NCBI RefSeq assembly: GCF_006345805.1
Contig: NC_043007.1
Span: forward strand, 36,766,001-36,830,000
DNA length: 64,000 nucleotides
From: Octopus sinensis
Taxonomy: Eukaryota
Direction: 5' to 3'
A model generated the notes under the pieces. The model did not search any database. It was not told the DNA's origin and saw only the letters and a program-made list of their open reading frames with translations. Below are positions 49,262 through 63,400 of the stretch, one piece after another (the first letter of the stretch is position 1; every line of letters starts with the position of its first letter). The position numbers were made by a program, and so were the translations under genes.

Positions 49262-50538
49262 ATAATAATAATGAAATTATTGTATACAGTGCACAGGTGC
49301 ACCACAACTTATCAGAGAGTGCGTATAAAGTGTATGCAGTAATGTACAAATGTCTGGAAAGTGAATAGTGTATGAGTCAGATACATGCTTGTGTGTGTAT
49401 GGAGGGAAGGAAATCAGGTGTAGTGTTGGTGAATCTCAGAAAGCATGGAAGTTTTGAAGGATGCAGTGCTCCGACAACTAACAACCGATGCCGGCAGTTT
49501 GTTCCATGCTTCAGCAACTCTCAGCATGAAAAAGTGTTTCCTAAAGTCATGGGAGCTGTGCTGTTTTCTGACTTTGTAAATATGTCCACAGGTTCTAGAT
49601 GGGTGGAGTTTGAAAATGTGCTCAGAGTTATTGTTTGTAAGATGGTTGATAATTTTATGGGTGTCTGTCAAGTCAGCTGCCAGACGTTGGAGTTTCAGTG
49701 TGTCCATGCCCAGGGAAGTAAGGTGTTCAGGATATGGCAAATGCCTGATGGAGGGTATTCTTTTGGTTGCACATCACTGAACGGCTTCCAGACGATTGAT
49801 ATCCTGGGCAAGATAGGGGTTCCAGACCTATGATGCAAATTCCAGGTGAGGTCTTACCATAGCTATATAAAGCCACAGATAGATAGTCGGAGAGTGGCTC
49901 ACAAAGGATTTGGTGAGTGATGCCAAGACACCCTCAGCCTTCTTGACAATTTTAGCGATGTGTTTTGTCCAACGCAAATCACTGTCGACAATAACACCCA
50001 GGTCACGTTCACACGAAGACTTTTTGAGATTAGTGTTGTGGAGGGAATGGGTGGACGCTGGGTTTCTCCTCCCAAAATGCATGGTGGTACATTTGTCCAC
50101 AGCCAGCTTGAGTTGCCAGTCCATGATCCACTGCTGCATTGTGTCCAGGTCTGCTTGCAATAGAGATCTATAGTGTACAGGATCTGACCTCTTTATTTCG
50201 AGGTACAGCTTGATGTCATCTGCATATTTCAGCACTGTGGCATTCTTTAAGTTGGCATCTATGTCATTAATATAAGCAACAAATAAAAGGGGGCCAAGAA
50301 CATATCCCTGCGGTACACCAGATGTCATCTCATAGGGTGAAGAGTGCTGTCCAAGAACTGTGACAACCTCTTTTCAGCCGAAAATAAAGGACTTCAACCA
50401 GTTATAGAGTTTGTCTCTTACGCCCAACGCAGAGAGCTTCACCATAAGTCTTTTGTGTGGCACAGACTTAGCAAAGTCCAGGTAAACAACATCCACCCAG
50501 GATCCGCGATCAGTGATTTGGGTAACGTCCTCAAGAAA
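49262..50538 (-). mobile_element. 5'-truncated CR1/L2-like LINE (RT C-terminal half)
   Basis: VDVVYLDFAK, TSGVPQGYVLGPLLFVAYIND, KYADD, ERDLGVIVDSDL, VRPHLEFA, FFMLRVAEAWNKLP; (aat)n tail; few stops/frameshifts. Confidence 0.95.
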
Positions 50539-50541
50539 CAC

Positions 50542-50586
<45 letters not shown>

Positions 50587-50699
50587 ATATATACATATAT
50601 ACATATATATACATATATATGTATATATATATATATATTATATGTATGTGTGTGTATATATATATACATATATATATATCACTTGACCATTTAAAACTA

Positions 50700-52123
50700 T
50701 AATAATGTTTTTACAATTACTTTTTCAATTTTGTTCTGTTCCTAATGTAATTCTTGGAAAATAAACATAGAAAAATTCATGACTGAGCAACAAGTAAAAG
50801 CAATGAAATTTTATCTACAAAAATCAACAATGAATTGTGCAAACCCAAAGAGCTTACATTTGTCATTTTCAGACTGGACTGCTACCATCTAAACAAAGAT
50901 TACTTAACATATTTCAACTGTTTGAACACCAAGGAGTTGTGATTGATTTACCATGTTTGGGAAGGCCATATTCAGGAAGGTTTCAGGACAACATTCAGTG
51001 TGTACAGAGGAGCATTGAAGAAGAGCCTCCAACATGAACCTGAAGGTGATCCCACCAGCAGGGTATATACTGAAGGTGGTCCCACCAGCAGGGTATATAC
51101 TGAAGGTGGTCCCACCAGCAGGGTATATCCTGAAGGTGGTCCCAACAGCTGGGCGTATCTTGAAGCTCACAACAGAGGATTTAAAGGCTGGTGAATATTG
51201 TGTGTGACCCCCTTCGGTCATGAATGACCATGGGATTGCACCTAGAAAGTTACCCTCTGAGGCACAAATCTGGGCAAGGTTGTTTATGGAAGACCAGCTG
51301 TCGCCCATGCATACTGGCCTCCCCTCTCCACATCACCGATGTTATCCAAGGGAAAGGCAAAGGCCGATACATCTTGGCACCTGTGACGTCGCAGCTCATT
51401 TATTAACATGCAAGTGGCTGAGCACTCCACAGACACGTGTACCTTAACTCAGCGTGACACAGAGTGTGACAAGGCTGGTCCTTTGAAATACAGGTACAAC
51501 AGAAACAGGAAGAAAGATTGAGAGACAGTTGTGTTGAAAGAGTACAGCAGGGTTCACCACCACCCCCTGCTAGAGCCTTGTGGAGCATTAGGTGTTTTTG
51601 CTCAATAAACACTCACAATGCCTTGTCTGGGAATCGAAACTGCGATCCTATGACCGCAAGCCTGCTGCCCTAACCACTGGGCCACTGTGCCTCCACAATG
51701 CTGAATATATTCCAACATAAAGTGTATCTAGTGCAGGAACCAAAACCAGCAGATTATTGGGTACAATTAGTGTATGTTGCCCAGATCAAGAAGCTCTGAA
51801 TACAATTGGCCCGCATGCTCACCTGATTTATGGCTTCAGACTTTTTCTTGTGGGAATATCTGAAAGAGTATCCCACAACAAATTTTGGACCAGCTAGCAA
51901 TTTAAGGATAAGAAATTGAAGGAGCAAGTCAAGAAACATTACAAATAGTGATGGAACATTCCTTAGAAAGAGTTCACCATTGTCAAGAATGAAATGATAG
52001 CCATTTGGAGGAACAATTTTCAAAACTAATTAAAAATGTTTTCCAAGAATAAATGTGAATATTCAATAAACAAAAGGGTCGTTATGTTTTGAAAAGGATT
52101 AGCGACTTTTGGACCACCCTGTA
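50700..52123 (+). mobile_element. Decayed Tc1/mariner (DUF4817-type HTH) element with nested SINEs and minisatellite
   Basis: VQTQRAYICHFQ..LPSKQRLL....FEHQGVV.D....GRP; WPACSPDL (third-D region) near 51810; right TIR ggaccaccctg|ta. Confidence 0.8.
51040..51165 (+). repeat. 30-bp minisatellite, ~4.2 units
   Basis: ctgaaggtggtcccaccagcagggtatata repeats at 51040, 51070, 51100, 51130. Confidence 0.95.
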
Positions 52124-52532
52124 TATATTATATATATATGCAAGACATACATATTATAGTTGTATGGTTGAGAAGCTTGCTTTCAAACCATGTGGTCTCA
52201 GGTTCAGTCCCACTGCACAATACCTTCAGCATGTGTCTTCTACTATAGCCCTGGCCCAGCCAAAATCTTGTGAGTGCATTTGGTTGACAGAAATCCTTTG
52301 TGTGTGTGTGTGTGTGTATACCCTTGTGCACCTTACCTTGACATCATGAGAGTTAGTTAATATCCAGCCTCGCATAAAAAAAGTGCCTGACCATAGTAAA
52401 CTTTACCTTACTTGGAAAGGGTTGGCAATAGGAAGGGCTTCCAACCATAGAAGACTGCCTCAAAAATTCCATCTGATACATGCAAGCATGGAAAAGTGGA
52501 TGTTAGATGATGATGATGATGATGGCTATATA

Positions 52533-52563
<31 letters not shown>

Positions 52564-52849
52564 GAATTAAAAGATAGAACCTCCATAAAGTAATTCAATA
52601 AATATTGAAAGATATATAGATTTAAATATATTATTAACATTTTACTAAAAATTTCTATACTAAATAATATACATTAAAAAAATACACAAAACGACTTTAT
52701 TATTAATATTGTGCTAAAATTTCTATATTAAATAATATACATACATTAAAAAAATACACCTTAAAACGACGACGCGCATTTATATTAGACCAAATGAGAT
52801 AACAAACCCAAGGCTGAGAGGAGTTTTCAAGACATTTATAATGAAATAG

Positions 52850-52895
52850 TCTTACAGCTGTTTCTGGGATATTATGGATATCCCTTCATCAGAGA
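52850..52895 (-). ncRNA. Candidate minimal type I hammerhead ribozyme
   Basis: UCU CUGAUGA A GGGAUAU ccaua AUAUCCC A GAAA CAGCUG UA AGA: intact core, 7-bp stem II, palindromic stem III, GUA triplet, 3-bp stem I. Confidence 0.7.
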
Positions 52896-53011
52896 TGGTG
52901 TGAGAAAATATTTGAGTTTGAATTATTGTGGAAAAGATTAGGAATATAGAGGGGAATAAGAGAATGAAAGTAGAAATAAGATATATAAAGATATGTAAAG
53001 ATATTGTACAT

Positions 53012-53225
<214 letters not shown>

Positions 53226-53559
53226 ATGTGCATGGTAGAAGTCGTTTATTGTTGCCACTTTGAGATGAAAACTTCTAGATAGCATTAATTGGCTGATAAC
53301 CTTAAGCAGGGGATGAAAATACTTGTGCAGTCAATATATTGATACATTTATCTCTAACTACCCTTCTTCCTATTTTTATGTGTTTGTGTGTGTGTGTGTG
53401 TGTGTGTATGAGGGAGAGAGAAAGAGAAGATTTGTGGTTAGAGTAAAGTCTTTGTCAAAAAGAGGGCGATGTGGGGAAGAGGATGGCAGAGTTCTCTAGA
53501 AGAAAACTAGTAGAGGGGTAGCAGCAAAGAGCAGAATCAAATAAAAAGAAGAGAAGCTA

Positions 53560-55030
53560 GAGGTCAGGTTCACTTAGCAATGGGAGAAACCAAAAGCGGG
53601 ACATTTACTAATGTTCTACATTGTGATGATATGAAGTGTGAAGCATTTTGGCTTGTGGTGCAGTATACCACAAGTAGATTATATTGAAACATCATTAGGA
53701 AAGCTGTATTCAGAATGATAGTGGTACACTTGCACTTACCAATGCCAAAAAGAAAGAAGCTGTTATGAGATACCTTTGAATGAGGAATATTCAAGGATGA
53801 GACAGAGTCTATCCAAAGTGGACCCAATTGAGGGATTAGCTGTCCAAGTTGACAGCAGTATGGTAAATAGAGCAATTAAGAATATGGAGACAGGGAAGGG
53901 AGTTGATCCATCAAAGATAGTCATTGAAATGATTGAAATATCAAGCAGAGTAGGGCATGTGCTTGTCCCTTGAAACAGTAACACAGATAAGATTGAGACT
54001 CAATCACCATTGAAGTAGTATTATCATCAACTGTTCTTTTGGTGAAGGTGATGCACAGGAAAGAGGCTATTACAAGGGCATCAAATTGTTGAGTCAAGTT
54101 ATGAAAGTTACAGAAAGAGTTGTCGGCGAATTGATTAGGAAGAGTATTAACCTAGATTAAATGCAGTTTGAATTTTGTACCAGCAATAGTAACTATTTTC
54201 ATCATTTTCATAGGGAGGCAACTGCAGGTGAAATAATTAGATAGCATCAAGCCCCTATATTTGGCATTTATTGTTCCAAGAGAAGGTTTTTGACACTGTT
54301 TCCTGTTCAGTAATCTGGAGGTTACCAAGAAAGCTAGGAGTAGATACATGGTTTTGAGCACCATACAAGCTACGTAAAGATGCACAGGGATGTAGTGGGA
54401 TCATTGGCAAGCTAACTGGGAAATAAATTCTCTTAAATGACTGGAAGGATCCTTAGTAATAGTTGATAGTTCTTGTTATCTAGTTGACCAAGTAAATAAT
54501 GGGAGTGGATGTCCTGCAAACGTAATAGCTAGAATAAAATTGGGCTGATACATAGTTCAAGGAGTTATGATTTCCACTGGTAATAAAGGGATTCCTCCAA
54601 GTGACGGATAGATTTGATAAGGTTTCTGTTTGAAGTACTATGCTGTATGGTAGTTAATTATGGGTCTTGAATGCGAAGGATGTGCAAAGTTTAGAAAGAG
54701 ATGAGGTGAGCATGCTTCAATGGATGTAAAATGAATGGCAGAATACAAATGATTTAAGAGAAAAAACAATATAAAAATGAATCATATGTGGTGTGCAACA
54801 GAGAAGGCTGTGCTGGTATGAGCATGTGATGTGTATGAAAGATGAGAGGTATATAAAGAAAGCTGAGTGCTGAAAGTGAATGGAGCTTGTGGAAGAGGGA
54901 AACTGAGAAAAACTTGGGACAAAATGGTGAAAACTGATCTCAAAATGTTGCATGTCACAGAGGAAATGATGAAAGACTGTGATGATTGGTGACACACAGT
55001 GCTGGAGAAAACCTGACCACTCGTGCAAGT
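53560..55030 (+). mobile_element. Degenerate RTE-clade LINE ORF2 (RT to C-terminus)
   Basis: AIKNMETGKG.DPS.I..EMI, GDAQERGYYKGIKLLSQVMKVTERVV, MQFEF, GRGKLRKTWDKMVKTDL; many stops. Confidence 0.85.
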
Positions 55031-55244
55031 ATGATGAAGCATATGTTAAAATGGAGATGGTGATGGTGGCAGGCATAGCTATTATATCTGCATCTAAGGC
55101 TTTTACTCATTATGTCTCAGCTATCTTCCTTGTGCCACCTGTTTTGCCTTTTAAATAATCTTTACTTTCTCTTTTCCTCTCTATTCACTGTATCCTGCCA
55201 CTTGTGTAATGAGTGAAAACACTGGACCTGTCCATATTCAATTT

Positions 55245-55665
55245 CCCATACCTATTTCTTTACTACCCACAAGGGGCTAAACACAGAAGGGACAAACAAG
55301 GACAGACAAACGAATTAAGTCGATTACATCGACCCCAGTGCGTAACTGGTACTTATTTAATCGACCCCGAAAGGATGAAAGGCAAAGTCAACCATGGCGG
55401 AATTTGAACTCAGAATGTAGCGGCAGGCGAAATACCTATTTCTTTACTACCCACAAGGGGCTAAACACAGAAGGGACAAACAAGGACAGACAAACGAATT
55501 AAGTCGATTATATCGACCCCAGTGCATAACTGGTACTTATTTAATCGACCCCGAAAAGATGAAAGGCAAAGTCGACCTCGGTGGAAATTGAACACAGGAC
55601 GGAGCAGCAGACGAAATACCGCTAAGCACTTCGCCCGGCGTGCTAACGGTTCTGCCAGCTTGCCT
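55245..55665 (-). mobile_element. SINE family B tandem dimer
   Basis: Two near-identical units (atacctatttctttactacccacaaggggctaaacacagaagggac). Confidence 0.9.
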
Positions 55666-56610
55666 CAATTTCCCATACCATCATCTATATCACTTCATGC
55701 ATCTCTCTCTCCCTGCATGATGCCCAAGTAATGAGGAATTTTTTGTATCTGTTACATCTCTCCATTTATAATCCTGTAATACTTTTATTAACATCCGTCA
55801 CTCTCTTGCTTTTGCCATCAAGATTATTCCTCATCCAATCTCTCTCTAGTGACACCTATCATTATCCTTCTATACACCTAGTCATCACCAACCAATTCTA
55901 TGATTAACCATTACTTACACTACCTTACCAGCAAACATAAAACTGTCATCAGTGTCTCTCTCCCATTACCTTCTGCCATTACTACCTCTCTCATTACTCA
56001 TTTCTTTTATTTTCCTTAAATCCTAATAGTATTGTCTCCTTCATTTTCCACATTGTCACTCAAATATCCCTGTTCCCCACCTCATAGTACAACTTTTTCC
56101 ATCATCTCATCAATTGCTTTTTCTTCAGATGATTTCATTGCCTTGAAGAGAGACAACATGAAGTAGTGCAGTCTCTTTTATCATGCAGAATACAAGGAAA
56201 CCTCATTAATGCCACCGCCTTGATAAAATGTATCCAGTACACTCACCAAAGGGGTTTATGAATGAGCAGAGACATAGGGTCAAGAGGACACTCCAGTCAT
56301 GTTTTGTTGAGAACATGACAATGTTTCTAGTATTGATGCTATGATAGAATGCACCCAGTACACTCTGTATAGTGGTTGATGTTAGTAAGGGTGTTCAGCT
56401 GAAGAAATCATTCCAAAATAGAACATGACAGTGGAATATCATTCACCAATTTGTCTAGGATAGTAATGACTCTGACTAATAGCCACTTCAAACCATGATG
56501 ATCCATCCAACCCATACCTGCTTGGAAACTGGACAAAAAGCTCTGATGATGATTATGATGATGACATTTATATACACACTAGCATGCACACTAGACATTT
56601 ATATACACAC

Positions 56611-56912
56611 TATGCATGCACTAGCATATAAAGGTGTGTGCATCGCACATACACGTGAGTACTGTCCAAATCTCCGACCAATCACATACAGCTAGCTGGC
56701 ATTCAATTGGCGTATCAAGTTTTGGGCATTTTGGTTGGGTTTTGGATAGAAAATTCACAAAAAAGTCACTTCTATTGATTTTTTAATGTCTTTGTTGTGT
56801 GACGACCACCCTTGGACGGTTTTGAATGACCATAGAAAGTGCGAACCCTCTAACTGAAAAAATTTTGTATAAAGGACACACATGCAGACATTTTGCTGTT
56901 TATATATATAGA
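56611..56912 (-). mobile_element. Helitron-like copy 2
   Basis: Reverse complement of 16825-17135; 5' TC-tatatataaacagc present; ends tatatgCTAG|T without the hairpin. Confidence 0.7.
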
Positions 56913-57333
56913 GATACATATACATACATCATACACACACATATATACATAAAATTAATATAGACAGCAGTATATTATGTTTTACCAAAAAGGAAAACTA
57001 TAATTGTTATTATATCACTAGGGTTGTTAGAAACCTTACATTGCTAGAAATAAGAACTAAAATACTCTAATGCTGTAGTCAAAGCACCTAATTGTATGCA
57101 TATATATTGACAGGGACAATAATTGCCTGAAAATACCGATCAATATGTATATATATATATATATATATAGATATATATATATATAACACATGACCATACA
57201 CACACACATACTTCATACACACACACAAGGACACATATGGAGACACATATTCATACATAGTAGATGCACATGCATAGTCACACAAACCCATACACATAGA
57301 CACACTCAAACATACACACATACAAACACACAC

Positions 57334-57367
<34 letters not shown>

Positions 57368-57667
57368 GCGCGCGCACACACACACATACAAACACGAAAA
57401 CGCAAACACATGAATATGCAGAATACATACATGCATATATACATACATATATATATACACATGCACACTGATGCACACACATGCACACAATCAAACAAAC
57501 AAAAAGAACGCAGCTCTGATAACAGACAGAGTCAACAACTATTGAAAAGGTTGCAAACGCAGCAAACATTTTAGAGAAAATAAATAAGTAAATGAGTGGA
57601 AATTGAACCAGTGAGTGTGTTAAATAATAAGGCACTAAAAGAGAATGACTCTCCCCAGACACAATTA

Positions 57668-57722
57668 TATATAAATAAATATATATATATATATTTTTAT
57701 ATATATATATATATATATATAC

Positions 57723-57809
<87 letters not shown>

Positions 57810-57810
57810 C
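57668..57810. repeat. (TA)n microsatellite
   Basis: Directly visible. Confidence 0.95.
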
Positions 57811-58267
57811 ACATATACATAAGGACTATACAGTATTGTTAGCCACACTGACCAACTTAACATACCAGTACCTCTGCACCTCTGCTCCTAGCACCAGTAT
57901 ATATGATTCCACCACCACCACCACCATCACCACCACCACCACAAGTGCTATCCACCGACATCACAATATACCTACCACATCTCCATAGCTAGCGCGCCTG
58001 CTGGATTGATCTTGCCTCTGTCTCTGTAGGGAGCATAAGCAATAGATAATTAGAAGCAGTAGTAAAGGTAGTAGTAGTTTTTGTTGTAGTAATAGCGGTA
58101 GTAGTTGATGTAATTAATTAGTATTGATTAGTGCAGTTGGGAGTGATGGTGAAGGTGAGAGTGAATGGGGAGTGTTGTTGGGAAAGTGAATTCAGTAGTG
58201 TTGTTGTTGTTGTTGTTTGTTGTTGTGACAGTGGAGATGGTGGTGGCTGTGGTGATAGTGGTATGGG

Positions 58268-58495
58268 GAAAAGGCAGTGAGCTGGCAGAAACGTTAGCGC
58301 GCCGGGCGAAATGCTTAGTGGTATTTCATCTGCCGCTACGTTCTGAGTTCGAATTCCGCCGAGGTCGACTTTGCCTTTCATCCTTTCGGAGTTGATTAAA
58401 TAAGTACCAGTTATGCACTGGAGTCGATATAATCGACTTAATCCGTTTGTCCTCTCTGTGTTTAGCCCCTTGTAGGTAGTAAAGAAATAGGTATG
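58268..58495 (+). mobile_element. SINE family B
   Basis: aggcagtgagctggcagaaacgttagc head to aaagaaataggt tail. Confidence 0.9.
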
Positions 58496-58559
58496 GGGAA
58501 AAGCACATATAGTAGGGGGTGATAGTAAAGTTAGCATACTGGGATTCACTAATTATTAC

Positions 58560-59160
58560 AAGGGCAGATTTAGCATGCAAGTGGGCATCCATCAAGACTC
58601 AGTTTTCAGCCCACTTCTGTTCACCTATGTCATGCAGGCTACAACAGAGGAGTCTAAGAATGGCTGTCCATTGGTACTCCTGTGTACTGATTATTTAGTT
58701 CTTATAGCTGAATCAATGAAAGATTTAGAAAAAAATATTCCCAACTTGGAAGCAAAACCTGGAAAAGTAAACTTAACAAAGACTACAGTTATAGTAAATA
58801 AGAAGACAAGACCGTGTTACCATCAGGGAAATGGCTCTACTAAATATGCAGAAAAGTAGGTAGAAACTCCATAGAGTGTACCCTGTGTAAACCTACAGGC
58901 ATACAAGAGGTGTAGAAGGATATGAGGTAGGCTAATGGAGAAGATACACTTCATATGCCAAAGATGCACAGGGATAATAAGCATGAATAGAACACAGGAA
59001 ATAGAATCTCTCAAATGCTTAGATGGTTCCTTAGATATAGATGATAGCTTTAATTACCTAAATGATTTAATTACCTTGGTGATATAATTAGCAGTATGGT
59101 GAATATTCTGAAACTGTAGTAGCCAGAAAGAAATTTTAGTCACTATTACATAGGTTGTAA
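58560..59160 (+). mobile_element. Degenerate RTE RT fragment
   Basis: QVGIHQDSVFSPLLFTYVMQA.TEE.K.GCP..LLC TDYLVLIAES (GVHQGSVLSPLLF/YADD region decayed). Confidence 0.8.
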
Positions 59161-60130
59161 TAAAAGGTGGCCCTCTCAGAATAAAGGGCAGGTTTTATGA
59201 TGCATATGTATATGAATAGCAAGACATAAGCCTTGAATGCAGAGGATATGTGAAGGCTGGAAAGAAATAGAGTAAGGCTGAGCCAAGTGATGTGCAAGAG
59301 TGATAGATAGAACATAAATGAATGGAGTAAAAGAGGAATCAGATGTAGTGTACAAGAAAGAAGGCTGCACTGGTACAAGGTTGTAAAGTATATGGAGGAA
59401 GACAGCTTTATAAATCATTACAAGCCATTTAAAGTGGACAGAAACTGTGAAAAGAAGGAAGAAAGAAAGAGAGAAATAGAGAGAGGGAAAGGGAATCAGA
59501 CAGAGAGACAGAGACGAGAGAGAAGCCAGGGAATACATGTGATGAAGTTGTGGAGACCAACTTTAGGAAGTTAAGCCTCACAAAGATGACAAAGGACACC
59601 AAAGGTTGCTCACAGACTGTGGCAAAAACTGTAACCATGGCAAAACAAGCACCAAAATAATTGATGGTAGCAATGAAGACTGGGATACATACATGTTTGT
59701 ATGCATGCACATATACATATACATATGTATGTATGCATATACACACACATATATACACATACAAGATATGAAGATTATTCCATCTTGATAGATGGTAGCC
59801 ATCTTAATCTCCATCATCCCAATAATCTTCATTACATATGTGTTCTGAGATAACTTGTGGAGATTCACAGCTGTGCGCCTTCACATTGTTAAGCCTGCAC
59901 ATATCATCATATCTCTACCACTGCAAGACTATCTACTAAAGGATACCTAAAAATCAGCAGAGATTTGAAAGAAGCATATTTGCACAACTAGATGACTATT
60001 GATTTACATGAATTCATTTGCTCTTTAATGGATCTTGGTTTTTTTTATATCCCACAGGATGTCCAAAAATGACCCTCCTCACCAGGCAGGCAAGCTTGGT
60101 GGAGTTGTCAGATCAGTCACTGACACATAT

Positions 60131-60169
<39 letters not shown>

Positions 60170-60438
60170 CGTGCACACACACACACACACACATGTACGT
60201 ATGCATGCACGTACGCACAGACAGAGAGCAGATAAGTGAGTAAATGCATACATAAATGTACACATGTAAGTAAAGTGAGAATCTGGATAAGCTAAGGTTT
60301 TCAGAAAAAGAGATCAACCAGTTAACTTGTACATTACAAATGCAATCTGTAAGTGGAACAGAAAAATATGCAAGACTTTTCTCAAGTTTAAAATGTGAAA
60401 TTGTCTTTGTTATCTACATTTCAATGTTTTTTTGTATC

Positions 60439-63400
60439 TGTTGTGCTAAGAGTCACGACACCCCCTGTGAGAATAGACTTATCCAAACGATTATAAATAA
60501 TATAGGGAAAGTTTACGAAATAAACAAAAGATGAAGACAGCTGGTGTACGTAACAAACAGATGTATTAGTATAACACTCAGGAAAAGAAAAAGTCTTTTA
60601 CATTTCGAGCCTGCACTCTTCTTCTGAAAGGTACACAGAAAAAACAAGGAGAGAGATATTATAAATAATAGCAGTCTGAGTGAGGGACCGAGAGTAGGAG
60701 TTAATTACAGAAGTAGCATTTTGGTAGTTTGTTGGAATATAGTTTGTTGGTTTGCATATAATTTGTGGATTGTTACATTGTTGTTACCTTGCTTCATTAT
60801 ATGTTTTATTGTTACTACATGGTTATAGTGTAAAAAGGTATTGTTATAACAATTGGCAGTACAAAAATATTGGTGATGAGGATTCGAAGCTCATGCAGGT
60901 CAGTTAACAAATCTTCGTGATACTAAGTTGTAAATGATGGAAGAAAAACAAGAAGTTAATGGAGCTATATCTTAAGAAGCCTGGAAACACTATAAGTTTG
61001 TTTTTGCCAGGTGCTGTATTGAACTCTATAACAGGATTCAGTTATGACCCAGAGGAGGGCATAACATTTGTAGTGTACTTTAGAAGGTACAAAGAAATCT
61101 TCAGGGAAGACTGTAAGTCATGGATGGACAATTTCAAGTCGTGGACAGACAATGAAAAAATAAGACTATTATTACGTAAATTAGTACCAGCTGAACATGA
61201 AAAAGATTGTAATTTCATATTACCTACAAAAAAAACTAGTGAAGTTTGTTTCCAGGAAACAGTTAAACTATTATCAAAAATATATATTCAGTGATAAGAG
61301 TTCCCTACTTAACACTCAATGAGAGTGTTGGAGTCTAGTAAAAAAAGAGGATGAAGACTTTGTCACATATGCTGGGACCATAAACTGAATGTGTGAAAGG
61401 TTTAAACTGAAGGAACTAACTCCTGATATGTTTAAGTGCCTCATTTTTGTACAAGGGCTAATGGAAAACAAAGATGCAGACATATGTGCAAGAATTCTCA
61501 CAAAACTTGAATAAGTGGACCAAAGTTTAACCCTGCAGACAGTTGCAGAGGAGTGTCAAAGAATGGTAAACTTATGTCAGGATGTACAGAAAATTGAAGA
61601 GAAGGAGTCCTCACAAGTACAAGCGTGTCAACCAAGAAGGTATAAACAAAAAACAAATGTTAAGACCAAACCCATGCTATGGATGTGGAGCCCTACATTT
61701 CAGAAAGGATTGTCCTTTCAAAACACAAAAATGTTTCAGTTGCCAAAAAGTAGGATACAAGAGCTCACATTGCAGAGCAAAGTTAGGAAGGTCGAACATA
61801 AAAAATTCTTAAGTTTTCTCAATGGAAAGCAGAAGTGACATCAAAAAGAGGAAATTTGTACCTACAAAAAAGTAAACAAAGTGAATATTAAATTACAACT
61901 AGATAATGGTAGTGACATCTAGATTATTAATATCAACATGTGGAAAAGAATTGGGAAACCTGCATTTAGAAAAACATCAAAGATTGCATGAGGCATGACA
62001 GTTGAAAAACTACACTTCATAGGCAAAATGTGGAGTGATATCACATTTCAGGGAAAAAACCTGTAGAGGAGAAGTTTTCATGGTAAACAATGCAACCAGT
62101 ATGTTCGGTACAGACTGGTTAGAGTTGTTGTTTGACTTATGGGACCTCTCCATAAATCTGTTCAGTAAAAAATAAGTGCCTGTCCCATCAGTGACAATAA
62201 TTCAGCAGCTGAATTAAAGAAAAAATAAAAAGAACTTGTTTCCTGAAGTGCTGTCAGATAAATGAGGCTTCTGTTCTAAGACTGAGGTCTGTTTTTAAAT
62301 AAAGGAAAATGTTGTACTTGTATTCAAACCTAAGAGAAAGGTACCATTTGCTGTGGTAAAGCAGGTAGAGGAAGAATTGGACAGACTGGAGAAAATGGGA
62401 ATTATTAAAAAAGTAAACTATTCTATGTGGGCAGCACCAACTGTGTGTATTAAAAGAAAAACAAAATCAAGGTGTGTATTGATTTTTCTACTGGTTTTAA
62501 TGACTGTCAGAAATTGTGTCACTATCCACTACCTTCTCTAGAGGATGTTTTTGAAAAATTAAATGGCGGCAAAATATTTTTGAAACTGGATCTGTCTGAT
62601 GCATATCTACAAATCAAAATAGACGAGGAATACTCGAAGCTTCCAACAGTGAATACACACAGAGCACTATACAAATATGATAGATTGCCATTTGGTCTGA
62701 AGGTTGCACCTGCAATATTTCAACAGGTTATGGATGCGATGTTGGTGGACTGTCAGTTTGCAAGTCCATACCTTGATGATGTATTCATTAAAAGTGAATC
62801 TCATGATTAGCATATTGAACATGTGAAGTGTGTTTTTTAAAAAATATGAGACAATGGAACATAATTCACAAGATACGAGTTCAAGAAATTCTGCAAAATG
62901 CATGCAATCAAGCACATGTTTACCCTGCCCTACCACCCAAGCTCAAATGGGAAAGCAGAAAGATTTCTAGATACTTTCAAGCGAGCGCTACAAAAAACAA
63001 GGAATGAGTTAGGAAATGACAAAGTGCTAATTAAATTCTTATTGGGTGTATAGAATAATTCCCATTCTGAATCCCAGTTCAGATAAGTCACTTGCAGAGC
63101 TAAGGTTTGCTTGAAAGATTAAATTGATCTTCAACAAATTGTTGCCAAAGTAAAAAATGTATAGAGAAAATACAAAAAATTCAACTGAACATTTTGATGT
63201 TGGAGACAAAGTCCATTTCAAAGTATACAAGAACGGTAAAGAGAGTTGGCAGAATGGTGTAGTGATTAAAAGAATTGGCAATATGATGTATTTAATAAAA
63301 GTTCAACAATAGGAGTATAAATACCTAAATCAATTAAAAACCAGACATACAGAAGAAAGGAAGAAAATTCCAATAGAAGTGTTTTACGACATGTTTGATG

